A stretch of DNA of 13,885 nucleotides, taken from the NCBI GenBank assembly GCA_048885925.1, contig JBHLLG010000072.1, positions 1 to 13,885 on the forward strand. Direction: 5' to 3'. Positions 1-7,105 of this stretch are shown here, in pieces; position 1 is the first letter of the stretch, and each line of letters begins with the position of its first letter. A program made the position numbers and the translations under genes. Source of the DNA: Candidatus Hermodarchaeota archaeon (GTDB taxonomy: Archaea; Asgardarchaeota; Lokiarchaeia; Sigyniarchaeales; SOKP01). The notes beneath the pieces were generated by a model that ran no database searches, had not been told where the DNA came from, and saw nothing but the letters and a program-made list of their open reading frames with translations.

Positions 1-496
1 TTTTTACAACATCCTTTCCATGGAAATGTCTTGCTTCATCTAACATATAACCACGCCAGGAAAATCGAGGATAATCTTCTATTTTTACACAAGGAATCTC
101 CCAATTAATGTTACTCACAATTGTATTACTCTCGATTTCAATAGGAAGGAGTTGCCTTAATGTTTGGATCCCATAAAAAACTCCAGCAGGGCTATTACCC
201 TTTATCTCTATTTTTAAAGGCTTTATTTCCAGAATATAACCCTCTGATCCTAAATTATTTATCCCATCGAGTTGTATTAAATTGATTGAATTTTGGCTCA
301 AGGTTCTACTGTTAAAATCAAAGATCGATAATTTGAATCCTGTAGAAGGGGAAAATATACTTTTTAAATATTCGCTTAAATCAATAAAATTCTGCTCTGA
401 ACATATAAAAGTTTCTCTTGTTAGCTTAAATTTCTCTGGAGAATAATCTAAGGATAGTGGTTTTGGGATGATGGCGAAATTTGTAATTGAACTCAA
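1..496 (-). CDS. Beta-N-acetylhexosaminidase, glycoside hydrolase family 20 (N-terminal 165 codons; runs off the left window edge)
   Basis: Not in the ORF track. Manual minus-strand translation from TTG at 496: MSSITNFAIIPKPLSL...LGSEGYILEIKP...GVFYGIQTLRQLL...IEDYPRFSWRGYMLDEARHFHGKDVVK. IIPxP, E.Y.L, G.FYG.QTL.QL and D.PRF.WRG.MLD.ARHF are GH20 hallmarks. An in-frame stop at 551-553 and no ATG in between make TTG the likely start. No signal peptide. Confidence 0.93.
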   Translation of the reverse strand, partial: MSSITNFAIIPKPLSLDYSPEKFKLTRETFICSEQNFIDLSEYLKSIFSPSTGFKLSIFDFNSRTLSQNSINLIQLDGINNLGSEGYILEIKPLKIEIKGNSPAGVFYGIQTLRQLLPIEIESNTIVSNINWEIPCVKIEDYPRFSWRGYMLDEARHFHGKDVVK

Positions 497-575
497 ACTC
501 TTCTTTCTTAATAAATCTTTTAAAAATAAAAAACAAAAATATTTATTAAAATTAATTAGAAATTGAAGTATAATA

Positions 576-590
576 AATAACTATTTTTTT
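576..590 (+). repeat. 15-bp direct repeat copy 1 (AATAACTATTTTTTT), immediately before the GH5 start
   Basis: Identical to 2556-2570. Confidence 0.7.
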
Positions 591-591
591 G

Positions 592-2556
592 ATGAAAATG
601 AAATTACAAATAAAAAATGAATGGTTTGTTGATGAACATGGACGAAGAGTTCTACTAAGGGGGGTAAATTTAGGAGGAAGTAGTAAAGTCCCTTACACAC
701 CTAATGGAGCAACTCACATTAAAACTGATTTCAAAGATCATAAAGATGTATCTTTTATTGGGCACCCCTTCCCTTTAGAAGAAGCTGATGAGCATTTCTT
801 ACGATTAAAACACTGGGGTTTTAATTGTCTTAGATTTTTAGTTACTTGGGAAGCTATTGAACATAAAGGACCAGGTCAATACGATACTGATTATTTGGAT
901 TATATAGAGGAATTATTAAAAATAGCTGAAAATTATGGATTTTATACATTCATTGATCCACATCAAGATGTTTGGAGTAGAATGTCAGGAGGAGATGGAG
1001 CTCCCGGTTGGACTTTTGAAAAAATTGGTCTAGATTTTACGAAATTTGATGAAGCAGAAGCAACTTTAGTCATGCAATATAGATATAATCCCAATATTCC
1101 TGATTCATATCCACATCTACATTGGATATCAAATTCATTGAGATTTGCCAATGGAACGATGTGGACTTTATTTTTTGGAGGAAATGATTTTGCTTCCTCA
1201 TGTAAAATTGATGGAATTAATGCCCAAGATTATCTTCAGAATCATTATTTTGATGCCATAAAACAGGTGGCATTAAGAGTAAAAGATAATCCTTATATTC
1301 TTGGATTTGATTCTTTAAATGAGCCTTATCAAGGGTGGATTGGACGATTAGTCGATGGAAGTGATACTGAAGGATTCTCAGAAGTTTTAGGGTATGCTTT
1401 TAAACCAATTGATGCAATGCTTACTGGGTCAGGATATACGAGAACAATTCCATATAGAGAAATAAAAAGATTTGGAGTTAAAGTGACTAGAAAAGATGAG
1501 ATGAATAAGAATAAAATATCTTGTTGGTTTAACGGTTTTGAGGACATTTGGAAGAAACAACGTATTTGGGGGCTAAATGGTGAAGGTGAACCAATAATTC
1601 TGAACAATAATTACTTTAAAATTAAAAATGATAAAGAAGTAGATTTCTATGATGATTATCTAACACCTTTTATAGCTAATTATACAAAAATAATTAGAAC
1701 TATAATTCCCGAAGCTATAATCTTTTTTGAAGGTCCTTCAGAAGATTTAATGAAATTAGAAGAAATAGATTTTAACGTTCCGAAAAATGCCGTACAGGCG
1801 GGGCACTGGTATGATGGAGCTACTCTTGGAACAAAACGACCCATGATAAAAGCTAATTTTGATACATATACTAATAAACCAGTTATAGGAAAAAAGAATG
1901 TTAGAGAGATGTTTGCAAGACAATTAGCTATTATAAAGAATATTTCAAAAAAGATCCATGGAGGTATCCCTACTTTGATAGGGGAATTTGGTCTACCATT
2001 TGATCTTAATAATAAGGAGGCCTATCAAAAATTCAAAACAGAACCTGAAACAGCATGGAAAAACCATATAACTCTACTTACAATGTATTATAATGCCTTG
2101 GATGCAAATTTACTACATTCTACTCAATGGAATTATACTGCCGATAACAATAATAAATGGGGAGATCTATGGAATTTAGAGGATCTATCTATTTTTAGCC
2201 GAGATCAACAATTAGATCCTAATGATATTAATTCTGGTGGAAGAGCACTTGAAGGATTTTGTCGTCCACATTTTATTTACTGCTCTGGAATACCGCTAAA
2301 GATGGACTTTAATTTTAAAGAAAAAAGGTTTCATTTTGAGTTTGATGGAGATTCATCAATAGGAGAACCAACAATAATTTATGTTTCTAACATCCAATAT
2401 CCAAAAGGATATCATATTCAAATTTCTGAGGGAGAAATTGAAAAGAAAGAAGATGAACAATTAGTTCTATTAAAAATAGAAAATAATGGAATCCATACAG
2501 TTGATATTTTCGACATCTCATCAACAGCTAAAGAATTTAAGTATCATAAAAATTGA
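592..2556 (+). CDS. Glycoside hydrolase family 5, endoglycoceramidase-related (GH5_12-like glucosylceramidase / steryl-beta-glucosidase) with C-terminal beta-sandwich
   Basis: LRGVNLGGSSKVP, PFPLEEADEHF.RL..WGFN.LRFLVTWEAIEH and DPHQDVWSR.SGGDGAPGW match the EGCrP/Egh1-type subfamily. Catalytic acid/base in SLNEP, nucleophile in IGEFG. Start could be TTG 589, ATG 592 or ATG 598. Confidence 0.88.
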   Translation: MKMKLQIKNEWFVDEHGRRVLLRGVNLGGSSKVPYTPNGATHIKTDFKDHKDVSFIGHPFPLEEADEHFLRLKHWGFNCLRFLVTWEAIEHKGPGQYDTDYLDYIEELLKIAENYGFYTFIDPHQDVWSRMSGGDGAPGWTFEKIGLDFTKFDEAEATLVMQYRYNPNIPDSYPHLHWISNSLRFANGTMWTLFFGGNDFASSCKIDGINAQDYLQNHYFDAIKQVALRVKDNPYILGFDSLNEPYQGWIGRLVDGSDTEGFSEVLGYAFKPIDAMLTGSGYTRTIPYREIKRFGVKVTRKDEMNKNKISCWFNGFEDIWKKQRIWGLNGEGEPIILNNNYFKIKNDKEVDFYDDYLTPFIANYTKIIRTIIPEAIIFFEGPSEDLMKLEEIDFNVPKNAVQAGHWYDGATLGTKRPMIKANFDTYTNKPVIGKKNVREMFARQLAIIKNISKKIHGGIPTLIGEFGLPFDLNNKEAYQKFKTEPETAWKNHITLLTMYYNALDANLLHSTQWNYTADNNNKWGDLWNLEDLSIFSRDQQLDPNDINSGGRALEGFCRPHFIYCSGIPLKMDFNFKEKRFHFEFDGDSSIGEPTIIYVSNIQYPKGYHIQISEGEIEKKEDEQLVLLKIENNGIHTVDIFDISSTAKEFKYHKN

Positions 2557-2593
2557 ATAACTATTTTTTTCAAAACATCTTTTTTTAAATTTT
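2556..2593 (+). terminator. Oligo-T terminator after GH5; includes 15-bp direct repeat copy 2 (2556-2570)
   Basis: AATAACTATTTTTTTCAAAACATCTTTTTTT directly after the TGA stop; two T7 runs, typical of archaeal termination. Confidence 0.55.
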
Positions 2594-2608
2594 GATATAA
2601 ATTTAAAT

Positions 2609-2623
2609 AAAAAGCTTATATAT
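2609..2623 (+). promoter_or_regulatory. Putative archaeal BRE/TATA promoter for the kdgK-DUF849 pair
   Basis: AAAAAGCTTATATAT about 80 nt upstream of the ATG; GGAG SD-like site at 2690-2693. Confidence 0.45.
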
Positions 2624-2703
2624 TTCAAGATATCATTTAAAATTATTATTTATCACCCAAAGACTAATTACTTCAATGGGATTTAATCTGGAGAGTATAT
2701 AAT

Positions 2704-3741
2704 ATGAAAGGAAAAGTAATCACTTTTGGAGAAATTATGCTTAGACTTTCACCACCTAATTTTCAACGTTTCAGCCAAGCTCGATTATTTGATGCTATCT
2801 ATGGAGGTGGGGAAGCAAACGTGGCTGTTTCATTAGCAAACTTTGGAATTTCCATAGATTTTATTACAAGATTGCCTAAAAATGAAATTGCAGATGCTTG
2901 CATTCAATTTCTTAGGCAATATGGTGTTAATACAGAAAAAATAATAAGAGGAGGTAATAGAATAGGGATTTATTTCCTTGAAGTAGGAGCAGCAACCCGT
3001 CCAAGTAAAGTTATATATGATCGAGCTAACTCTGCAATTGCTACAGCAGAAAGAGGTATGTTTAATTGGGAGAGTATTTTTGAAGGCGCTTCTTGGTTTC
3101 ATTTTACAGGTATAACACCCGCAATTTCTCAAAATTTAGCTGATTTATGTCTTGATGCTGTGAAAGTAGCGAAAAAGAAAGGTTTAACTGTGTCTTGTGA
3201 CCTTAATTATAGGAGTAAATTATGGCAATACGGTAAACAATCTATAGAAGTTATGACTGAAATTGTCAAATTTTGTGATTTAATCATAGGCAATGAAGAA
3301 GATGCCGAGAAAGTATTTGGTATTAAAGCTCTAGATACGGATATTACTTCTGGTGATCTTGATCCTGAAAAATATAATTCTGTAGTTAAGGAATTTAAAA
3401 TTAAATTTCCTAATTTAAAATATATAGCTATTACGCTAAGGGGGTCGATCTCGGCAAGTCATAATACATGGTCAGGAATCCTTTATGATGGTAAAAAGAT
3501 GTATATTGGTCCTAAATATGATATTACTCACATTATTGATAGGGTAGGAGGTGGTGATTCATTTGCAGCAGGAATGATCTTTGGCTTTTTAACTTATAGA
3601 GCTGACATGCAAATGATATTGAATTTTGCTGTTGCTGCGTCATGTTTAAAACATTCAATATTAGGAGATTTTAATTTAGTTTCAGTAGATGAGGTACTTA
3701 AGTTAATGGATGGAGACACATCTGGACGTGTTTCAAGATAA
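2704..3741 (+). CDS. kdgK: 2-dehydro-3-deoxygluconokinase-like sugar kinase (PfkB family)
   Basis: FGEIMLRLSPP, GGGEANVA, YDRANSA, HFTGITPA, DLNYRSKLW, GNEED and DRVGGGDSFAAG are characteristic of KDG kinases. Confidence 0.88.
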   Translation: MKGKVITFGEIMLRLSPPNFQRFSQARLFDAIYGGGEANVAVSLANFGISIDFITRLPKNEIADACIQFLRQYGVNTEKIIRGGNRIGIYFLEVGAATRPSKVIYDRANSAIATAERGMFNWESIFEGASWFHFTGITPAISQNLADLCLDAVKVAKKKGLTVSCDLNYRSKLWQYGKQSIEVMTEIVKFCDLIIGNEEDAEKVFGIKALDTDITSGDLDPEKYNSVVKEFKIKFPNLKYIAITLRGSISASHNTWSGILYDGKKMYIGPKYDITHIIDRVGGGDSFAAGMIFGFLTYRADMQMILNFAVAASCLKHSILGDFNLVSVDEVLKLMDGDTSGRVSR

Positions 3742-3765
3742 ATACTTTAAAAGGTTGATATAATA

Positions 3766-4575
3766 ATGGATGAAAATCAAAAGTTAATAATTACTGCTAC
3801 AACGGCTAATTCTTGGATATATCCCAACGTTAAAAACTGGGCACAAAATACTGATCAATTAATTGATGATGTTGTAAGTTGCTATGAAGCAGGTTCCGCA
3901 ATTGCACATGTTCATCTTCCAAGAGGAGAGGAAGTTGAAATTGTCAAAAGAATACGAGAAAGGTGTGATATTATTATCCAAGCAGGTATGTCAAGTGAAT
4001 CAATCCCTCAAAGAAAAGGAGATTTTGAATCAAAACCAGATATGATGGCGGTAATGTTAAATCATCATGCTGAACACTTTACTCAAGTGGTGGTAGATGT
4101 TTTACATCCTTTAAAAGAGTTAGAAGAATATTGTGTTAAATGTAAAGATTTTAATATTAAGCCAGAATGGGAGGTTTGGCAACACGGTTCCTATTGGAAT
4201 TTAAATTATTTGATTGAAAAGGGATTATTAGAATGGGATAAACCTCATTTCCTGACATTATTCTTCAATTGGCCAGGAGGAACATGGAGTCCTGCCAATT
4301 TTGAGGAATATATGCATAGAAAAAGATATATACCACCTAATTGCGTTCATTCTGTAAGTGCAATGGGCGATGAACAAATGAAACTTTTAGTTTTTGTGTT
4401 TACCCATGGTGGAAATATTCGGGTAGGTACTGAAGATTATCCATTTATTAAGCAAGGAGTGCCTGCAAAAAACAACGCTGAAATTGTAAAAAATTATGTA
4501 AGTATTATTAAACATGTAGGTAAAGAAATTGCAGATCCAACTGAAGCAAGAAAAATTATAGGTTTAAGAAGATAA
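3766..4575 (+). CDS. DUF849 / 3-keto-5-aminohexanoate cleavage enzyme (BKACE) family protein, divergent
   Basis: KLIITA, CYEAGSAIAHVH (HxH Zn ligands), IKPEWE, GGNIRVGTED, NAEIV and EIADPTEARKIIGL. Starts 24 bp after kdgK, so probably co-transcribed. Confidence 0.88.
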   Translation: MDENQKLIITATTANSWIYPNVKNWAQNTDQLIDDVVSCYEAGSAIAHVHLPRGEEVEIVKRIRERCDIIIQAGMSSESIPQRKGDFESKPDMMAVMLNHHAEHFTQVVVDVLHPLKELEEYCVKCKDFNIKPEWEVWQHGSYWNLNYLIEKGLLEWDKPHFLTLFFNWPGGTWSPANFEEYMHRKRYIPPNCVHSVSAMGDEQMKLLVFVFTHGGNIRVGTEDYPFIKQGVPAKNNAEIVKNYVSIIKHVGKEIADPTEARKIIGLRR

Positions 4576-4646
4576 ACTCATGAAATAACATAAATTGAAC
4601 CAAATTGATTTACAAGATTCACTCTTAAATTTTAGAGAAATTTTGT

Positions 4647-4685
4647 AAAAACTTTATATACATTTATCTCAAAGATAATATTATC
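4647..4685 (+). promoter_or_regulatory. Putative BRE/TATA promoter with adjacent palindromic operator for the first DMT-PIG-L pair
   Basis: AAAAACTTTATATA (4647-4660), then TTATCT-CAA-AGATAA (4664-4678) and GATAATATTATC (4674-4685). Confidence 0.45.
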
Positions 4686-4732
4686 ATTTCTTTCTCTTGT
4701 AGTAAATAAATTTAATAGTGTGTTAATAAAAC

Positions 4733-5623
4733 ATGAGTGGATCTTTTTATTTATTAGGTGTTTTTTTAGCTATATTATCTGGAAGTATAAATAATATTGG
4801 ATTAGTTTTCCAAAAAAAAGTAGTTAATGAAGTAGCTCCCGAAGCAAAATTCTTTAGAAGTCTAGTGAAAAAGCCTCTATGGATAACAGGTTTATTAATG
4901 GAATTAGCTATAGGATCAATCTTTTTCATGATTGCTCAAATTTATATTGGTCCCGCTTTAATACCTGGTTTGATGGCATTCGGTTTAATTTTCCTCGCAA
5001 TTGGATCTGTTAAAATTGTAGGTGAAACTTTAAAAAAGGAAGAAATTACAGGTATTATTGTAATGATTATGGCGATTTTTCTATTAGGTCTCTCTGAATT
5101 AAGTGTAGATATCGTTGCTATAGACATATTAGCTTTCGATCTTGTTTTAAATATGACAATTTTTACGATCATTCTATTTTTAGGCACATTTATATGTGAA
5201 ATTTTACAAAAAAAAATCGAAAAATTAAAAGGAATTCTATTAGCAATATCCTCAGGATTTCAATTTTCACTAACTAATTTTTGGATTGCACCTTTGATGG
5301 CTGTAATTGCTCATGTATTTGGAGGAAATGCCTCTTTAGGCGAACTTATCCTATTTATAGCTTGTGCTGTAATTTTAATTGCCGCTAGTATATTAGGGAT
5401 AATGAAAATTCAACAGTCATTTCAAGTAGCTAACGCAAGTCGAATGATTCCTATCCAGCAAGTACCTATACAAATTACACCAGTAATAGCATACTTTTTT
5501 GTTTTTATGCTAATACCTCCTACTATCTTTTCTATCATTTATGTGATTATTGGAGTTTCTTTAATTCTATTAAGCTCGTTTTTATTAGCAAAAAGGCAAG
5601 CACAATTAGATGCTATAAAATAA
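4733..5623 (+). CDS. DMT-superfamily membrane transporter, NIPA (Mg2+ transporter)-like, copy A
   Basis: About 9 hydrophobic segments. N-terminal pattern G..LA..S.....G...QKK, P.W..GL, PALI..L, GE.L...E..G resembles NIPA/EamA-like DMT proteins. Paralog of 12810..13700. Confidence 0.75.
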   Translation: MSGSFYLLGVFLAILSGSINNIGLVFQKKVVNEVAPEAKFFRSLVKKPLWITGLLMELAIGSIFFMIAQIYIGPALIPGLMAFGLIFLAIGSVKIVGETLKKEEITGIIVMIMAIFLLGLSELSVDIVAIDILAFDLVLNMTIFTIILFLGTFICEILQKKIEKLKGILLAISSGFQFSLTNFWIAPLMAVIAHVFGGNASLGELILFIACAVILIAASILGIMKIQQSFQVANASRMIPIQQVPIQITPVIAYFFVFMLIPPTIFSIIYVIIGVSLILLSSFLLAKRQAQLDAIK

Positions 5624-5633
5624 GGTTAGAAAA

Positions 5634-6428
5634 ATGACGAAAATTGTATTTTTTCAACCACATCCAGACGACTTAGAGTTAAATTGTGGCCATATCATTC
5701 ATTATCTTGCCACAAAAAGCGAAAAGAAACATATGATTAAGATTGCTTCAATCACTAAAGGTGAATATGGACTTCCTGGTGCTCAATATGATAAATTCAA
5801 GGGAGAGTTTCTTGCCAAAATTAGAACTCGAGAATTATACAATGCTCAAAGTCTTCATAGCATCCCTCCAGAAAATATACATTTTTTTGGTTATGTTGAT
5901 GGATTAGTAGAATTTACAAAAGAATTTATCAATACCATTGCTGAATATTTGAAAAGGGAAAAACCTGATGTTATTTTCGCCCCAGAAGCAATTTATACTG
6001 CTTATTACCATAAAGATCATGTAAATACAGGGAAAGCGATCTATTATTGTATTTATAACAAATTAATCAACTTTACTCCAATTCTTTATTTTTACTCAAC
6101 TTTAAGCCCTAATTATTTCTTTGGGTTTAATAAAGTTGATTTTAATTTAGTCAATCAGCTCCTTGCTTGTCATAAAACGCAATTTTGGTTGATTAATTAT
6201 GCAAAATGGACTTATAAACCAAAAACAATATTAGCAGGAATGAAGTTAAGTGGTTGGAAATATGCCGAGAAATATCGTAGAGTATACTTTCAGAAAAATA
6301 ATAAAAATAGAAATAAACCATCATTAGCTGTAAAAATTTTAAGTCATTGGTATTCAGGTATGCCTTTTTTTAAAGCTAAATATCCTCAAGATGTGTTAGC
6401 AGAGCTTAAAGAAAAAGGAAAAATTTAA
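5634..6428 (+). CDS. PIG-L/LmbE family N-acetyl-sugar deacetylase, copy A
   Basis: PHPDD and HKDH zinc motifs, TKGEYG, RTRE..A, Y.DG and ACHKTQ. Starts 10 bp after the DMT gene. Confidence 0.9.
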   Translation: MTKIVFFQPHPDDLELNCGHIIHYLATKSEKKHMIKIASITKGEYGLPGAQYDKFKGEFLAKIRTRELYNAQSLHSIPPENIHFFGYVDGLVEFTKEFINTIAEYLKREKPDVIFAPEAIYTAYYHKDHVNTGKAIYYCIYNKLINFTPILYFYSTLSPNYFFGFNKVDFNLVNQLLACHKTQFWLINYAKWTYKPKTILAGMKLSGWKYAEKYRRVYFQKNNKNRNKPSLAVKILSHWYSGMPFFKAKYPQDVLAELKEKGKI

Positions 6429-6447
6429 TTTTCTAAATAGAATCATT

Positions 6448-6493
6448 TTAATTTTACAACAAAAATATGTTTAATTTTACAGTAAAAATATGT
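6448..6493. repeat. Tandem 23-bp repeat (2 copies, 21/23 identical)
   Basis: TTAATTTTACAACAAAAATATGT (6448-6470) and TTAATTTTACAGTAAAAATATGT (6471-6493). A degenerate third unit lies at 6425-6447. Confidence 0.8.
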
Positions 6494-6495
6494 GC

Positions 6496-6510
6496 AATAA
6501 AATTATATAA
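6496..6510 (+). promoter_or_regulatory. Putative TATA box for the SCP2 gene
   Basis: AATAAAATTATATAA about 90 nt upstream of the TTG start. GAGGTG SD at 6588-6593. Confidence 0.35.
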
Positions 6511-6600
6511 ACAACAAAAACAAAATAATTTCTATAAATAGCAAAGAAAGTAATAAAAAAATTAATAAATTAATTACCAAAAGAAAAGAGGTGTATTTTA

Positions 6601-6942
6601 TTGGCAACTCCAGAAGAAATTAAAGAAGCATTAAATAAATGGGTTAAAGTTCTTGATGATCCAGATGTTGCAGAGGAATTTGAAGGATTTAACAAGACTA
6701 TGCAATTCGAATTTTCAGACATAGATTATAAAATAAAAATGATTTTTGAGAATAAAACTGCAAGGTTAGAGGAAGGTTTTGATGAAAATGCTGAAATGGG
6801 TTTAGAGATAGAATCTGATCTTTTTGTGGGTATTGCTACTGGTGATGTAGATCCAATGGAAGCTTTTATGGAAGGAGAACTTAAAACTAAGGGTGATATG
6901 AACTCATTACAAAAATTAGAAGTATTTATGGATATTGATTAA
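6601..6942 (+). CDS. Stand-alone SCP2 sterol/lipid-binding domain protein
   Basis: 113 aa with C-terminal DPMEAFMEGELKTKGDM..LQKL, matching the SCP2 signature. TTG start 7 nt after GAGGTG. Confidence 0.88.
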   Translation: MATPEEIKEALNKWVKVLDDPDVAEEFEGFNKTMQFEFSDIDYKIKMIFENKTARLEEGFDENAEMGLEIESDLFVGIATGDVDPMEAFMEGELKTKGDMNSLQKLEVFMDID

Positions 6943-6960
6943 CGAATTTTTATTAGGAAT

Positions 6961-6977
6961 TAATTATTTTTTTCAAA
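6961..6977 (+). terminator. Oligo-T terminator after SCP2
   Basis: TAATTATTTTTTTCAAA, 16/17 identical to 2558-2574 after GH5. Confidence 0.5.
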
Positions 6978-7051
6978 TTCTATAGTTATATTTGGTCAAT
7001 ATGAAAATTCAAAATGGTGAATGGGCGTAAATCTAAGGAAAATTGAAAATG

Positions 7052-7065
7052 AATATTTATATAAA
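7052..7065 (+). promoter_or_regulatory. Putative TATA box for the M24-Gfo pair
   Basis: AATATTTATATAAA about 40-45 nt upstream of ATG 7106. Confidence 0.4.
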
Positions 7066-7105
7066 GAATATTATAATATAAAAAATTGTTTTGGTTTGAT
7101 GTGAA

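Noticed and set aside
963-1607. Minus-strand ORFs 963..1151 and 1329..1607
   Set aside because: Antisense shadows within the GH5 gene with no recognisable motifs.
2651-2667. TATCAC as a TrmB-like TGM site
   Set aside because: Only one half-site; the GTGATA partner is absent.
2833-3132. Cys-rich 99-aa minus-strand ORF
   Set aside because: Antisense to kdgK. The cysteines come from reverse-complemented GCA/ACA codons, not a real metal-binding motif.
4747-5187. Minus-strand ORFs 4747..4929 and 4942..5187, the latter similar to + ORF 13273..13497
   Set aside because: Their similarity (..PGI.AGPI) only mirrors the paralogy of the two DMT genes on the opposite strand.
6425-6493. Tandem repeat as a mini CRISPR array
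   Set aside because: The units are adjacent with no spacers, and no cas genes are present.
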